Source: a virus. From it: a stretch of 64,000 nucleotides of DNA. The notes under the pieces are model-generated. The model did no database searches, was not told where the DNA came from, and saw only the letters and a list, made by a program, of their open reading frames with translations. Shown here one piece after another: positions 1 to 9,210 of the stretch. The first letter of the stretch is position 1; each line of letters starts with the position of its first letter. The position numbers were made by a program, and so were the translations under genes. The DNA is taken from positions 29,957-93,956 of the IMG/VR virus record IMGVR_UViG_3300044678_003030, one strand, 5' to 3'.

Positions 1-855
1 AAGCACTTGGACTCGCCGCATGTTTTTGCGCACGAGTACGGGCACCACCAGTTCGATCAAACACCTATCGGTAGCGCTGTTCAACACCCTGTTTTTCGAG
101 GGATTTCTAACTACGCGAACATCCCGTTGAGCGCTTTGGCGGGAGTTGCCGCTGCTCGTTCTGACAAGAAGTGGGCTCCTTACGTAGGGGCTCTTGCTCC
201 GGTGTTGACTTCGTTGCCAGTTCTCGGCTCTGAGTACATGGCGACGCGGAACGCTATGGGGCTTATGCGCGACGCTGGGGCTTCCACGCAGCAGATCGCT
301 GACAGTAAGAGAGAGCTCGCTGGTGCGTATGGGAGTTACGCGACACAAGCCCTGCTGGCAGCAGCCGCGTACGCCGCGCCGTTTTTGGCGAAGAAGTACT
401 GGCGTACAGCTCCTCCTCCCCCCAGGTGGGGAGACGAGGAGTACATCAGAGGAGGGGAGGAAAATACCAAGGCGGCATCGCTCTTGGATATGGCGCCGAA
501 CTGGGATAGCCCTGTGCGCGCGCGTGTGATTCAGGGAGGGGTAACTGGCGGCGCGGCGGGGCTTCTCGCGGGCATTCCCGTAGGTCTTTTGGCTCCAAGG
601 CTGTATGGTGGTAGCGACGACCGGCTTAGGGGTGTGTTGTCGGCAGCAGGCAGCATGGGGCTATTGGGTATGGGTTCCGGTGCGATAGCAGGCAGCGTTC
701 TTGGTGGTTACGAAGAAGGGCTTCAATACGGGAGTCATCCCGATAAGTACGACTATGACCCGATTGTTCAATACACCTATCCCCCGGACCCGCTCGGGGC
801 GGTAGCCAATAGGCTCGGCGTTCGCGATGGTGAGCGTTTTCGGGGTGCTCGGTGA
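1..855 (+). CDS. Zincin-like (HExxH) metallopeptidase with Gly-rich hydrophobic segments; probably 5'-truncated
   Basis: AHEYGHH motif, then LPVLGSEYMATRNA and AYGSY, resembling neutral zinc metallopeptidases; frame is open from base 1; TKAAS motif precedes a Gly-zipper module. Confidence 0.6.
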   Translation, partial: KHLDSPHVFAHEYGHHQFDQTPIGSAVQHPVFRGISNYANIPLSALAGVAAARSDKKWAPYVGALAPVLTSLPVLGSEYMATRNAMGLMRDAGASTQQIADSKRELAGAYGSYATQALLAAAAYAAPFLAKKYWRTAPPPPRWGDEEYIRGGEENTKAASLLDMAPNWDSPVRARVIQGGVTGGAAGLLAGIPVGLLAPRLYGGSDDRLRGVLSAAGSMGLLGMGSGAIAGSVLGGYEEGLQYGSHPDKYDYDPIVQYTYPPDPLGAVANRLGVRDGERFRGAR

Positions 856-3800
856 GCCACTCCCACCGCTGGTCGTCTTTCTACGTCCCCGGCGACGCCT
901 ATCGGTACTGCGCGTGCGGCGCGATCGAGACGGTCTCGCCGGATGGCGAGCACGGGCCTGTGCCGGCCAAGGAGGAGGGATTCGTCCGTCGCCACATCGA
1001 GCGCCTGGAGAAGAGCGCGGAGGCGCTCAAGAAGACGCTTGGGCCCTTCACCTTCGAGATCGATCGGCCCGAAGGAACTACGAAGGCGTGGCCCGGTGGC
1101 AAGTCCTTTACGTACCCCGTCGACTACGGATTCTTTCCGAAGCTCGAAGGGGAGGACGGGGAGGGACTGGATGCGTTCGTGGGAGATGACCCGCACGGTC
1201 ACCTGGAGTCCTTCCAGAAGCTCAAGCCGAACAAGGACGGCAAGCTCGTCGCCGACGAGACGAAGTACCTGCTCGGCGTGAACGACCGTCAACGCGAGAC
1301 CATCTACAAGCTCTACGGGCGAGAGATCAACGCGCGTCGCGTGTACGACACATGGGAGGCGGTGGAGCGGTCGTTGGCGCGGTTCGAGAAGGAGGCGTCT
1401 GAGCCGGAGGAAACTCCGGTTTGGGAGAAGGACGTTCGCGACGCCGCCGGGGTTGCGCTCGCAGGGCTTGGCGCACGAAGTCTTGCGCATGGGGCTGCGG
1501 AGGACCTGCTAGGCGCGCAGAGGTTCTACCACGGTACTGGTGATGCAGCGGCAGCGGCGATTCGCCGTGATGGCCTTTTGGCTTCAATGGGAGGTAACCC
1601 CAACGGCAGTGCGTCTCTTTCGGGAGTCCAGTCTTACGTAAAGAATTCAAAGGGTCATGTACACGTCGGCACGGGCTTTTTAGGTGCGCAGGCGGCTCGC
1701 GGCTACGCCTCGCTCGTGGATGCCAAGGAGCGTAATCCGCTTCTTTCCAACGAAGGCGCAATGTACGCGTACCTGCGTGGGATGGGCCCTGGGCACAAAG
1801 GCACTGTTCTTCAGGGCGCTGTCCCGTACGAGTGGCTCTCCAGCAACTTTTCACCGGACCCTGATAGCGGCGGTAGCAGCGCTGCCCTCAAGGGGCAGGT
1901 GGACATCGGAGCCTCCCACATTTCAGACGGCGCCGTAGGTCTTCGAGACCTCTACAAGAATCGAGCTCCTGACCTCCTTGGGTACGTGAAGCGCAACCCA
2001 CGTCGTGTTGCGCATGGCGCCTTGATGGCCGGAGGGTCTTTGGCCGCTGTGTACGCTGCATATCGACTGGCCAAGATGATCCAGGACCGACACAGTAGCC
2101 CAGAGCAGGAGCCTGTTGTGGAAGCAAAGCTCGGAGCTGCCGATGCCCCCTCGAATCTTCTCGGACTCGTGGGCACGCCTCAGTACTACCTGACGCGCGC
2201 CGCTGACTTCCGTCGCCGACACCCTGATCTCCGCGCTCCTGACTACTACAACGAGTACGGCGATCGCTACGCCCACCGCTTCGAGAGCCAGACTCGTCCT
2301 CGGCTCTCTCCGGCCGGGCAGGCGTGGTTCGACAAGACCAAGCACGGCCTTCAGTATGCGATCGAGCAGAAGCGCCTCGAAGACCCTGAAGGGTTCGACG
2401 CCCTTGAGCGTGACCCCAAGGCGTTCCACCGCTTCGCGTACGACACGCACGGCCCGGTGTACCTGAACTCAGGGATTCGCAAGCTGCCGCTGCGCGACCT
2501 CATGCGCGTGGCGCGCACGCCAGACCTCAAGGATGTCATCAACCGAGATGGTCTACGTCTTGTGGGGCAGGTCTTGAATCCGTTCAACAAGGCGGCCTCG
2601 GTCAAGGAGGCGCGAGTCCCTACTCATGTGAAGCAGTACCGCCGCGCGCTTCAGATGTTGGCAGAAGGGCAACACGACTTCCACGGCACCGCGAATCTTC
2701 CTGGTGTTGTACGGACCGGTCGTGTTGTTGGCGGGAAGAATGACGCGTACCATACAGGCGGCAAAGCGTACTTTTCGCGCGGTTTTCCACTGGCTGAGTA
2801 CTTTGACTACGAGACCTCGAAGTACAACGATGGAGGGTTCGCCTTCCCTCGTGTACAGATGGACAAGAACAAAGCGGAGATCATTCCGGGGACACCTGCA
2901 ACCTTGCCGGTTCCCTACGTAGCTGCTTGGCACGCCCCCCTTCAACAGGGCGCTACCGTCTTTGTGACGTCTCCCGCTGCGAAAGTGCGCGAGGCAGCAA
3001 GCGCCGCGCAACGTAAGTTCAATCTGCGCCGCGTTGACCCCGAGGCTTACGCCCTCGCCGTTGAGACCCTGAAGGGCAACGTGTCTCCTGGTGCTTCCCA
3101 GCACATACTCAAGAACCTCGAAGGTCCGTATACCCCGGTTATGCCAGCGCCTTCAATTTCCGCCTCCTCTGTTGCAACCCCTCCCGCTGCGCCCTCTGTC
3201 TATTCCATCCTCAATCGCCGCAACGCCGCGATCGCAGGCGGTACCCTCGCCACGGCTGCCGCGCTGTACGGAGGCCACCGTTGGCTTCGTTCACGGCGTG
3301 AAAAGGAACAAGAAAAGGTCGCTGACGCAGTGGAACAAGACCCGTCCGAACAGCCGCCGAAGAAGTCCTGGCTACGTCGCAACGCGGCCCCGATTGCAGG
3401 GCTGACGACGGCAGCGGTAGTTGCACCGCTTCTCTATCGCTACCTGCGTAAGCAGCGACTGAGCAATGACCCCGCACTCCGCTCGATTCAAGAGGCATCG
3501 GGCGGCAGGTTCGGCCGCATCCTTGAAGGGCGGCAAGAGGCGATGTCTGCGCCACGTCGTTGGCTCGACCGATTGATCTACTCAGGTGGCGGCGATGTCC
3601 ACTACCAGGACAACCTCATCGAGGCGGCGCGCAAGAGTGGCAAGGTGCCGCAGGTTGAGGGGGTGCTCCTTCACAACGCGCCAGGGAAGCAGCTTGCACA
3701 GGGGGCCTCAAACCTTATCGCGAATCGTGATTCCGATGCGGTGTCGAGCATCTTTGACAACGGTAACAAGTGGCAGGAGTACAACATCTTCGAGCACTTT

Positions 3801-4862
3801 GCGCCGGGGTCCATGGGAAAGACCGAGAACGTTGCAGACGTTCTCGCTGACATGGGGCACAACCTCGGAGCTCGCAACCCGCGAGAGCGCGGACAGCAGG
3901 TCGAAGCCTTCCGTAAGGCCATGTCCAACAACGGCGCGCGTAGGCGAGACATGCTCGCGGAGCTTCAGAGTAACCTCCGTCAAAGGTTTGGGGACGGCTT
4001 CCTTCTCAAGGACGTCGACGCTGCTGCTACGGGGGGGAAGTTCCCCTCGGATCTGCACAACTTCACAGATCTTGTGAACGAGGATTCGCCTGCGGCGAAG
4101 ACTCTGATCAACGCGATCAAGGATCCGCGAAGTGTGATCGCGCAGTCGAAGCTGCCGCTCGCTCAAGGATCGTGGCTCGACCGGCAGTTTGCCAAGCTCC
4201 GTGGCCTGCCATCTACGCAGGAAGTTCGTGTCCATGTGATGAACGGTGCGGTCGCCCCGGACCTCACAGTGCCGCGCTTCTCTCCGACGATGTGGCTCAC
4301 CGGACGAAAGACGATGCGCGGCGCGGACCAGTACGCGCGTGATCTGCTTACGAAGTTGCCCGAGGAGCTTCAGCGCGGGACGTATGCGATGGACGTCGCA
4401 CCGCTCGTGGGTGGCGGGTACAAACTCATTGAGTCTAATCCTGGTTACCGTAGTGGTTTCTTGAGCCCCGGTAACCATCCGGTAATCGGACCTCTTCTGC
4501 ACAAGCAGTTCACTGGCCAGCACAGCCAAATGGTTTCTGGCCTTGGTGCCGGCGCGGGCGCTGTTGGCGGAGGGCTTACGGCAGCGGCTGGTGCGCGGTA
4601 CCTCGCCAACCGGCAGCAGCCGGAGCAAGAGTCTGAGCTTCACGGCGTGAAACAAGCCAGCGCCTTCGACGCCCTCAACTGGGTCCCCGCTCCTTTCCAG
4701 GGGCGCGTGCAGTCCCCGCAAGAAATCGTCTACGCCGCGCGCTCTACCCCTGCTCTCGCGGCGACACAGGAGAACCTTCGGCTGCTTCAGGTCGCCCAGG
4801 ACCCCTACGGCACCGGGTCTCCGACGCAGGGCGTCTCTCACCATCGACGTCATCACGGCTAG
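852..4862 (+). CDS. Polyvalent multi-domain protein: PPase-like, ART-like, unknown, second ART-like and ATP-grasp domains
   Basis: YPVDYGFFPKLEGEDGEGLDAFV (family I PPase-like); RFYHGT..IRRDGL and DFHGT (ADP-ribosyltransferase-like); NKW..FLLKD..QEVRVHV..AMDV..LIESNP (ATP-grasp); domains separated by K-x-A motifs and hydrophobic helices. Confidence 0.7.
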   Translation: MSHSHRWSSFYVPGDAYRYCACGAIETVSPDGEHGPVPAKEEGFVRRHIERLEKSAEALKKTLGPFTFEIDRPEGTTKAWPGGKSFTYPVDYGFFPKLEGEDGEGLDAFVGDDPHGHLESFQKLKPNKDGKLVADETKYLLGVNDRQRETIYKLYGREINARRVYDTWEAVERSLARFEKEASEPEETPVWEKDVRDAAGVALAGLGARSLAHGAAEDLLGAQRFYHGTGDAAAAAIRRDGLLASMGGNPNGSASLSGVQSYVKNSKGHVHVGTGFLGAQAARGYASLVDAKERNPLLSNEGAMYAYLRGMGPGHKGTVLQGAVPYEWLSSNFSPDPDSGGSSAALKGQVDIGASHISDGAVGLRDLYKNRAPDLLGYVKRNPRRVAHGALMAGGSLAAVYAAYRLAKMIQDRHSSPEQEPVVEAKLGAADAPSNLLGLVGTPQYYLTRAADFRRRHPDLRAPDYYNEYGDRYAHRFESQTRPRLSPAGQAWFDKTKHGLQYAIEQKRLEDPEGFDALERDPKAFHRFAYDTHGPVYLNSGIRKLPLRDLMRVARTPDLKDVINRDGLRLVGQVLNPFNKAASVKEARVPTHVKQYRRALQMLAEGQHDFHGTANLPGVVRTGRVVGGKNDAYHTGGKAYFSRGFPLAEYFDYETSKYNDGGFAFPRVQMDKNKAEIIPGTPATLPVPYVAAWHAPLQQGATVFVTSPAAKVREAASAAQRKFNLRRVDPEAYALAVETLKGNVSPGASQHILKNLEGPYTPVMPAPSISASSVATPPAAPSVYSILNRRNAAIAGGTLATAAALYGGHRWLRSRREKEQEKVADAVEQDPSEQPPKKSWLRRNAAPIAGLTTAAVVAPLLYRYLRKQRLSNDPALRSIQEASGGRFGRILEGRQEAMSAPRRWLDRLIYSGGGDVHYQDNLIEAARKSGKVPQVEGVLLHNAPGKQLAQGASNLIANRDSDAVSSIFDNGNKWQEYNIFEHFAPGSMGKTENVADVLADMGHNLGARNPRERGQQVEAFRKAMSNNGARRRDMLAELQSNLRQRFGDGFLLKDVDAAATGGKFPSDLHNFTDLVNEDSPAAKTLINAIKDPRSVIAQSKLPLAQGSWLDRQFAKLRGLPSTQEVRVHVMNGAVAPDLTVPRFSPTMWLTGRKTMRGADQYARDLLTKLPEELQRGTYAMDVAPLVGGGYKLIESNPGYRSGFLSPGNHPVIGPLLHKQFTGQHSQMVSGLGAGAGAVGGGLTAAAGARYLANRQQPEQESELHGVKQASAFDALNWVPAPFQGRVQSPQEIVYAARSTPALAATQENLRLLQVAQDPYGTGSPTQGVSHHRRHHG
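3290..3302. promoter_or_regulatory. TTCAC-N3-GTGAA site
   Basis: TTCACGGCGTGAA. Confidence 0.85.
4639..4651. promoter_or_regulatory. TTCAC-N3-GTGAA site
   Basis: TTCACGGCGTGAA. Confidence 0.85.
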
Positions 4863-4880
4863 CGTGATAGGGTCTGAGAC

Positions 4881-5204
4881 ATGCTCTCGTTCGACCCTGT
4901 GGGCCACTGCCCTGCGTGCCAAAAGATGAGGAAGAAGCCGCGAAATCAGCTAGGTGACTTCGCGCCGATCGATACGTGCGTGTGCCGCAAGGGTCAGGGC
5001 ACGTTCGGCGCCTACGTCGACCGTCTCTACGCCCATGTCGACCTCGGCAAGGACGACACACGCGAGGTCTTGATGGTCCTCTGCACGCTGCTCGGGCGTG
5101 CGCAGGGCGCCGTGCTCGTCGGGGACCGCAAGGCATTGCGCGAGGCGCTCGCGCAGCTCTCGGCGATCGTCTGGCGGCTCGGGGAATCGCTGGAGTCAAC
5201 GTGA
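4881..5204 (+). CDS. Hypothetical protein with CxxC and CxC
   Basis: 107-aa ORF filling the gap; its stop overlaps the next GTG start (GTGA). Confidence 0.5.
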   Translation: MLSFDPVGHCPACQKMRKKPRNQLGDFAPIDTCVCRKGQGTFGAYVDRLYAHVDLGKDDTREVLMVLCTLLGRAQGAVLVGDRKALREALAQLSAIVWRLGESLEST

Positions 5205-5743
5205 ACAAAGAAGGTTGGGTCGAAGTCATCACAGGGCCGATGTTCTCGGGTAAGACCGAGGCTTTTGTTCACCGGGTGAACAGGGCGACGCGGCAGCGGC
5301 AGCTTGTTCGTGTCTTTCGCCCTACGGCCGATTCTCGCACGAAGGAGATTATTTCCCACTCGGGTCACAAGCTCCACCCCTCTTCGTACCTCAAAGAGGC
5401 GTACATCGCCGACCTCCTGGATGCCAAGTACGGGACGTCGATGGTGGCCATCGACGAGGCACAGTTCTTCCCTCCGAGCATTGTGCCTTGGGTCAAGGGG
5501 GCGTCCGAGCGCGGGTTGCGCGTGATTATCGCCGGGCTTGATCGTGATTATCGTGGCGAGGCTTTCGGGTCGATGAAGGACCTCATCTTCCTCGCTGATC
5601 ATGTCGATAAGCTACCGGCCGTCTGTGCTGTTTGCTGCCGTGATGCCACGCGCACGCAGCGCAAAGATCCGAGCGGGCCTGTCACCCTCGTCGGCGCGGA
5701 AGACCTCTACGAGCCTCGCTGCAAGCTCTGCCACCGATTCTAA
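5201..5743 (+). CDS. tdk: Thymidine kinase (type II)
   Basis: GPMFSGKT Walker A, IDEAQFF, AGLDRDYRGEAF, CxxC...YEPRCxxC; start placed at GTG 5201 rather than 4976. Confidence 0.95.
   Translation: MNKEGWVEVITGPMFSGKTEAFVHRVNRATRQRQLVRVFRPTADSRTKEIISHSGHKLHPSSYLKEAYIADLLDAKYGTSMVAIDEAQFFPPSIVPWVKGASERGLRVIIAGLDRDYRGEAFGSMKDLIFLADHVDKLPAVCAVCCRDATRTQRKDPSGPVTLVGAEDLYEPRCKLCHRF
5268..5280. promoter_or_regulatory. TTCAC-N3-GTGAA site
   Basis: TTCACCGGGTGAA. Confidence 0.85.
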
Positions 5744-5783
5744 AATCGGCCCTGCGTGCAGGTATAAGACTGTGTCCAGAACC
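5742..5783 (+). promoter_or_regulatory. Putative promoter AAAA-N15-GGTATAA, copy 1
   Basis: AAAA 5742-5745 and GGTATAA 5761-5767; same spacing in two further copies, each upstream of a small gene. Confidence 0.65.
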
Positions 5784-5836
5784 CTCTGGCTTGCGTCAAT
5801 TCGGCGCGGCACACGAGGACGGACGGAGTTCACATC

Positions 5837-6508
5837 ATGACGCAGAGCAACAACATCAAGCGGGTCGAACTCTCCAACGCCACCGGGGCCGACGAGGTCG
5901 ATGTCGTCAACCGCAAGCTCATCGACGAGACCTTTCGGGGTCGAGTCGCCCGGCACCTCCTCGCGGCCGGCGCCGCCTCCTCGCTCGTCGCCGACCTCGC
6001 CGAGCTCTACGGTCTGGGGGTGCTCGACACCGGGTCGCCCACTCGGGCGGCGAGCCGTTTCCTCCCGGTGACGGACGCCGCCGTCGCGATCGTCGACGCT
6101 GGTGGAGGCGGTGGGTTCGTCGACGCCGCGATCACCGAATACCTCGGGGGTCACGACCCCCGGAACGTCGTGATCCTGGTCCGCCGGATGGGCGAGTGCG
6201 GCGTCACCGGGCCCGCCAGGGCGCTCGTCGCGGAGCACATGCTCGCGCTCATCGGCGCGACCGACCGCTCGTTGCCCGCGCTCCGGCCCGTCTGGGCGGA
6301 GCTCGATCGCCTCGGTTCGGCGATCGCGATGGCGCGGCGCGGCCTCGGGACCAACAAGGTCTCGTCGGCGCTCCCTGAGCTCGTGAACGCGTGGCTCAGC
6401 GGGCGGCAGATGCACCTCGACGAGGCCGTCAACCGCGTGACCGCCACGCGAGGCAAGACCGTCGCACGGGCGTTCGCGCAAGCGGAGCTGCGCGCCCGCG
6501 CCGACTGA
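5837..6508 (+). CDS. Hypothetical protein (223 aa)
   Basis: ATG with GGAG upstream, high GC3, between a promoter motif and a terminator. Confidence 0.75.
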   Translation: MTQSNNIKRVELSNATGADEVDVVNRKLIDETFRGRVARHLLAAGAASSLVADLAELYGLGVLDTGSPTRAASRFLPVTDAAVAIVDAGGGGGFVDAAITEYLGGHDPRNVVILVRRMGECGVTGPARALVAEHMLALIGATDRSLPALRPVWAELDRLGSAIAMARRGLGTNKVSSALPELVNAWLSGRQMHLDEAVNRVTATRGKTVARAFAQAELRARAD

Positions 6509-6526
6509 GCTGCGCGCCCGCGCCGA
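6485..6526. repeat. 20-bp direct repeat GAGCTGCGCGCCCGCGCCGA spanning the stop codon
   Basis: Copies at 6485-6504 and 6507-6526. Confidence 0.85.
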
Positions 6527-6567
6527 GGCCCCGGTTCACGCCGGGGCCTCGGGCGTGGCTTTCTTTT
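6523..6567 (+). terminator. Intrinsic terminator
   Basis: 12-bp perfect stem CCGAGGCCCCGG/CCGGGGCCTCGG, loop TTCACG, then TTTCTTTT. Confidence 0.75.
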
Positions 6568-6570
6568 GCC

Positions 6571-6600
6571 AAAAGCCCTTCCGTTATGCGGTATAACAAC
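6571..6600 (+). promoter_or_regulatory. Putative promoter AAAA-N15-GGTATAA, copy 2
   Basis: AAAA 6571-6574 and GGTATAA 6590-6596. Confidence 0.65.
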
Positions 6601-6646
6601 AGTGCGACGATCTGTGGCTTCCCCTCGTCGCACGGAGGGTCTATCG

Positions 6647-6910
6647 ATGTTCATCAATCAGTTCAAGTCACGCTTTCGCTTCACCCGGGATCTCTACGCC
6701 GGGGAGAACCACGCCATCCTGCTCGACCAGCGCATCCGGGAGCGCATGCGCGAGACCGGCCATGACCAGGGCGTCAACCAGGGTGCAGCACGCGCGCAGG
6801 GGGGCGCCTTCGGCGACGGCATCACCGGGGCCTGGAGGATGTTCCAGGCGGCTCGCGCCTTCGCGCCGATCCGTGACGCGATGATCGACGCGCACTACGC
6901 CGGGCGCTGA
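6647..6910 (+). CDS. Hypothetical protein (87 aa)
   Basis: ATG 6647 with GGAGG at 6634; bounded by promoter and terminator. Confidence 0.7.
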   Translation: MFINQFKSRFRFTRDLYAGENHAILLDQRIRERMRETGHDQGVNQGAARAQGGAFGDGITGAWRMFQAARAFAPIRDAMIDAHYAGR

Positions 6911-6923
6911 TACACCTGTCCTT

Positions 6924-6966
6924 CGGGGCCACGGTTCGCGCCGTGGCCCCGGGTGACGTTTCTTTT
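6924..6966 (+). terminator. Intrinsic terminator
   Basis: 11-bp stem CGGGGCCACGG/CCGTGGCCCCG, loop TTCGCG, then TTTCTTTT. Confidence 0.75.
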
Positions 6967-6972
6967 GCTCTC

Positions 6973-7016
6973 AAAAACAGGCGCCGAGATCGGGTATAAG
7001 AACATGTCCAGGAACC
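6973..7016 (+). promoter_or_regulatory. Putative promoter AAAA-N15-GGTATAA, copy 3
   Basis: A-tract ends 6977, GGTATAA 6993-6999; downstream TGTCCAG(G)AACC shared with copy 1. Confidence 0.65.
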
Positions 7017-7066
7017 AATGGACGCGCGATGGTCGCGCGTCACTTCGGTTGGACACGAGGTTCCAC

Positions 7067-7342
7067 ATGATTCAGAGCATCCGCACCGGGTTCGTTGGCG
7101 TCAGCTCCACCCTCAGCTACTGGGGAGCCGTCGCGAGGCAGGAGCCGCGTGCCGTGGCGCTGACACAAGAGCTCGTGGGTTGGTACAACCATGAACTGGA
7201 CACCATTATCGCAACCAGCGGTAGGCTGGACACGCTGCGTGCGAAGATCGTGTACATTCGGCGTGCCCATCTCCTGGGCAGGCGCTTCACGGCGGTATGC
7301 CGGGCGCGGATCCGCGCCGAGTACGGCGGCGAAGGCGAGTGA
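7067..7342 (+). CDS. Hypothetical protein (91 aa)
   Basis: ATG 7067 with GAGG upstream; leader ACACGAGG..CACAT similar to that of the 5837 gene. Confidence 0.6.
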   Translation: MIQSIRTGFVGVSSTLSYWGAVARQEPRAVALTQELVGWYNHELDTIIATSGRLDTLRAKIVYIRRAHLLGRRFTAVCRARIRAEYGGEGE

Positions 7343-7354
7343 TCTCCAGGTCCC

Positions 7355-7391
7355 GGGGCGGTAACGCTTCGGGGCCCCCCGCCTCTTTTTT
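7355..7391 (+). terminator. Probable terminator between convergent genes
   Basis: GC-rich imperfect stem followed by a T run. Confidence 0.5.
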
Positions 7392-7393
7392 GG

Positions 7394-7783
7394 CTACTGG
7401 AGGAGCCAGATGTCGGCCTTGAACCCTGCGACGCTCGACAGGTAGAGCGTCCGCGCGGTGCCGACGGGCGTGAAGAGGAGGATCTTGGCGCGTTCGGTCG
7501 GAACCGGGTCTGCGTCCATCGACAGGCGCGTCGGCACGCTGTCGTTGTTCGTGTCCCACTTCAGGTCGAGCGTCCCCGCGCGCAGCTCGACGAAGATGGC
7601 CTTCGGCGCAGTGATCGACCCGTCCGACACCGCGAGGTTCGTCTGGGCCGTCGCCATGTCGTACTCCAGCACGGCCTTCTGGCTGTAGTTGAGGACGAAG
7701 TCGAGCGCCATCGGTCCGGGGACCGCGCGATCGGTCAGGGTGAGGGAGAGGGTGCCTGCTGCCTTGAGCTGCTTCGCCGCCAT
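7394..7783 (-). CDS. Hypothetical protein, possibly virion-associated
   Basis: High-GC3 ORF; likely start MAAKQ (7783) or MPTLR (7801). Confidence 0.6.
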   Translation of the reverse strand: MAAKQLKAAGTLSLTLTDRAVPGPMALDFVLNYSQKAVLEYDMATAQTNLAVSDGSITAPKAIFVELRAGTLDLKWDTNNDSVPTRLSMDADPVPTERAKILLFTPVGTARTLYLSSVAGFKADIWLLQ

Positions 7784-7801
7784 ACCCCGTAGGGTAGGCA
7801 T

Positions 7802-7814
7802 TTCACGCGGTGAA
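7802..7814. promoter_or_regulatory. TTCAC-N3-GTGAA site
   Basis: TTCACGCGGTGAA; contains endolysin stop codon. Confidence 0.85.
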
Positions 7815-8594
7815 GCCGAAGGCTCTGATGCCGTGTGCGTAGCCGCGTGCCTTGAGCGCTGCGACCGTCGCGGGACCAGGATCGCCATCGGCAGTCACCC
7901 CGAGCTCGCGCTGGCGCTCTCTCCAGATGGCGTCGGCGTCGGGCGAGAAGAAGTCGAACTTCTCGACGCCAACGGCTTCCAGGGCGAGCCACATCGCATC
8001 GCCAGGATCGCCGATCCCGCGCCCCTGATCACCCTGGTAGTGGCCGAAGACGCCGACAGGGCCCTGGTAGGCGTCGAGGTTCAGGCGCTTGCGCCCCACG
8101 CGGTAGGGCCAGTGCGTCTGGAACTGCACGCCGGTCTGACCGCAGAGCCACCGTACGAGCCGCGCGGTCACGTCGAGCTGCCCCTGGTAGATCGAGGCGT
8201 CGCGGCTGAACTGCACGATCTCGATGCCGATCGAGTCGAAGCTCACGCCCGGCATGTGGTACGCCACTTCGGTGATGAGGTCGCACGTCTGGATCACCGA
8301 GCCGTCACGGTCGACGAGGAGGTGCGCGCCGGCCTGCCCAGCATTGCCGGTCCAGTAGCGGACATTGTCCTCTGCTGCGTTACCAGGAGGACCAAACCCA
8401 GGTAGGATCACCTGAGGGCGCTGGTCCCTCCCGCCAGGAATGCCCCCTGTCGAGTGAATGATGATTCGACGGATTCGAGGCTTGGGTCGTGAGCGCCCAT
8501 CGTTCCCCATCTTCAGTCGAATAGCGTTGTTGTCCCGCCAGTTCGACGTCACGATCCCAGGGACTTCCTTGGCGACACCATTGAGGATCAACAT
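7803..8594 (-). CDS. Endolysin: N-acetylmuramoyl-L-alanine amidase (Amidase_2) with C-terminal peptidoglycan-binding motif
   Basis: IIIHST, AHLLVDRDG, AYH, SIGIEI, GH...DPG; C-terminal QRELGVTADGDPGPATVAAL. Confidence 0.85.
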   Translation of the reverse strand: MLILNGVAKEVPGIVTSNWRDNNAIRLKMGNDGRSRPKPRIRRIIIHSTGGIPGGRDQRPQVILPGFGPPGNAAEDNVRYWTGNAGQAGAHLLVDRDGSVIQTCDLITEVAYHMPGVSFDSIGIEIVQFSRDASIYQGQLDVTARLVRWLCGQTGVQFQTHWPYRVGRKRLNLDAYQGPVGVFGHYQGDQGRGIGDPGDAMWLALEAVGVEKFDFFSPDADAIWRERQRELGVTADGDPGPATVAALKARGYAHGIRAFGFTA

Positions 8595-9210
8595 GCAGAC
8601 ACCTCGACTCAAGTCTAACGATCGGCGCGAACTCGAACGTGCTGTTTACCACGGGTTGAAGTGGCGTGGCTGCTATTGGCGCGCAGGCTTCGATTTCAAT
8701 GGCAAGGAGGTCGCGGTCGCGATGGTGCCGCCGTACCTGCTCAATGAAATTGAGCGCGGGGCTACGACCATCGAGCGAGTCTCGCGGAACCTTGCGCGGC
8801 GTAGCCTCGTTACAAGTCGGGGCCCCTGTGACTTTGACGAGTATTGCGGCCTCTGGGATGAAGCTGTGAGCTACGCCCTCGGGGTGAGGGAAGACGCTCG
8901 AAGGGCCGCTGAGTGCGGGCGTGCTGCTCTGGAAGCTGTTCGCCGAGGCGCGTGGTACGAAGCGGTCGAGCAAGCGTATCAAGCCTACGCGTGTGAGCGC
9001 CTGTACGTCTGGCGTGGACGTTTTTGGTTGCGGTTGCTACACGCGATCACAGACTTCCTGGTACGGTCTGGGTATGGACACATCCACCCCTACATCTTCC
9101 CTCGATCCCACCCAAGAGACCCGCCGCCCGTACACGGTCCTCGTCGTCGATCACCGTCCCGAAGGCGCAAGCGACGCCGAGGCGCAGGCGATGGGCGCGG
9201 AGGCGTGTGA
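8593..9210 (+). CDS. Hypothetical protein
   Basis: Only long ORF over 8600-9070; start uncertain. Confidence 0.4.
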   Translation: MQTPRLKSNDRRELERAVYHGLKWRGCYWRAGFDFNGKEVAVAMVPPYLLNEIERGATTIERVSRNLARRSLVTSRGPCDFDEYCGLWDEAVSYALGVREDARRAAECGRAALEAVRRGAWYEAVEQAYQAYACERLYVWRGRFWLRLLHAITDFLVRSGYGHIHPYIFPRSHPRDPPPVHGPRRRSPSRRRKRRRGAGDGRGGV

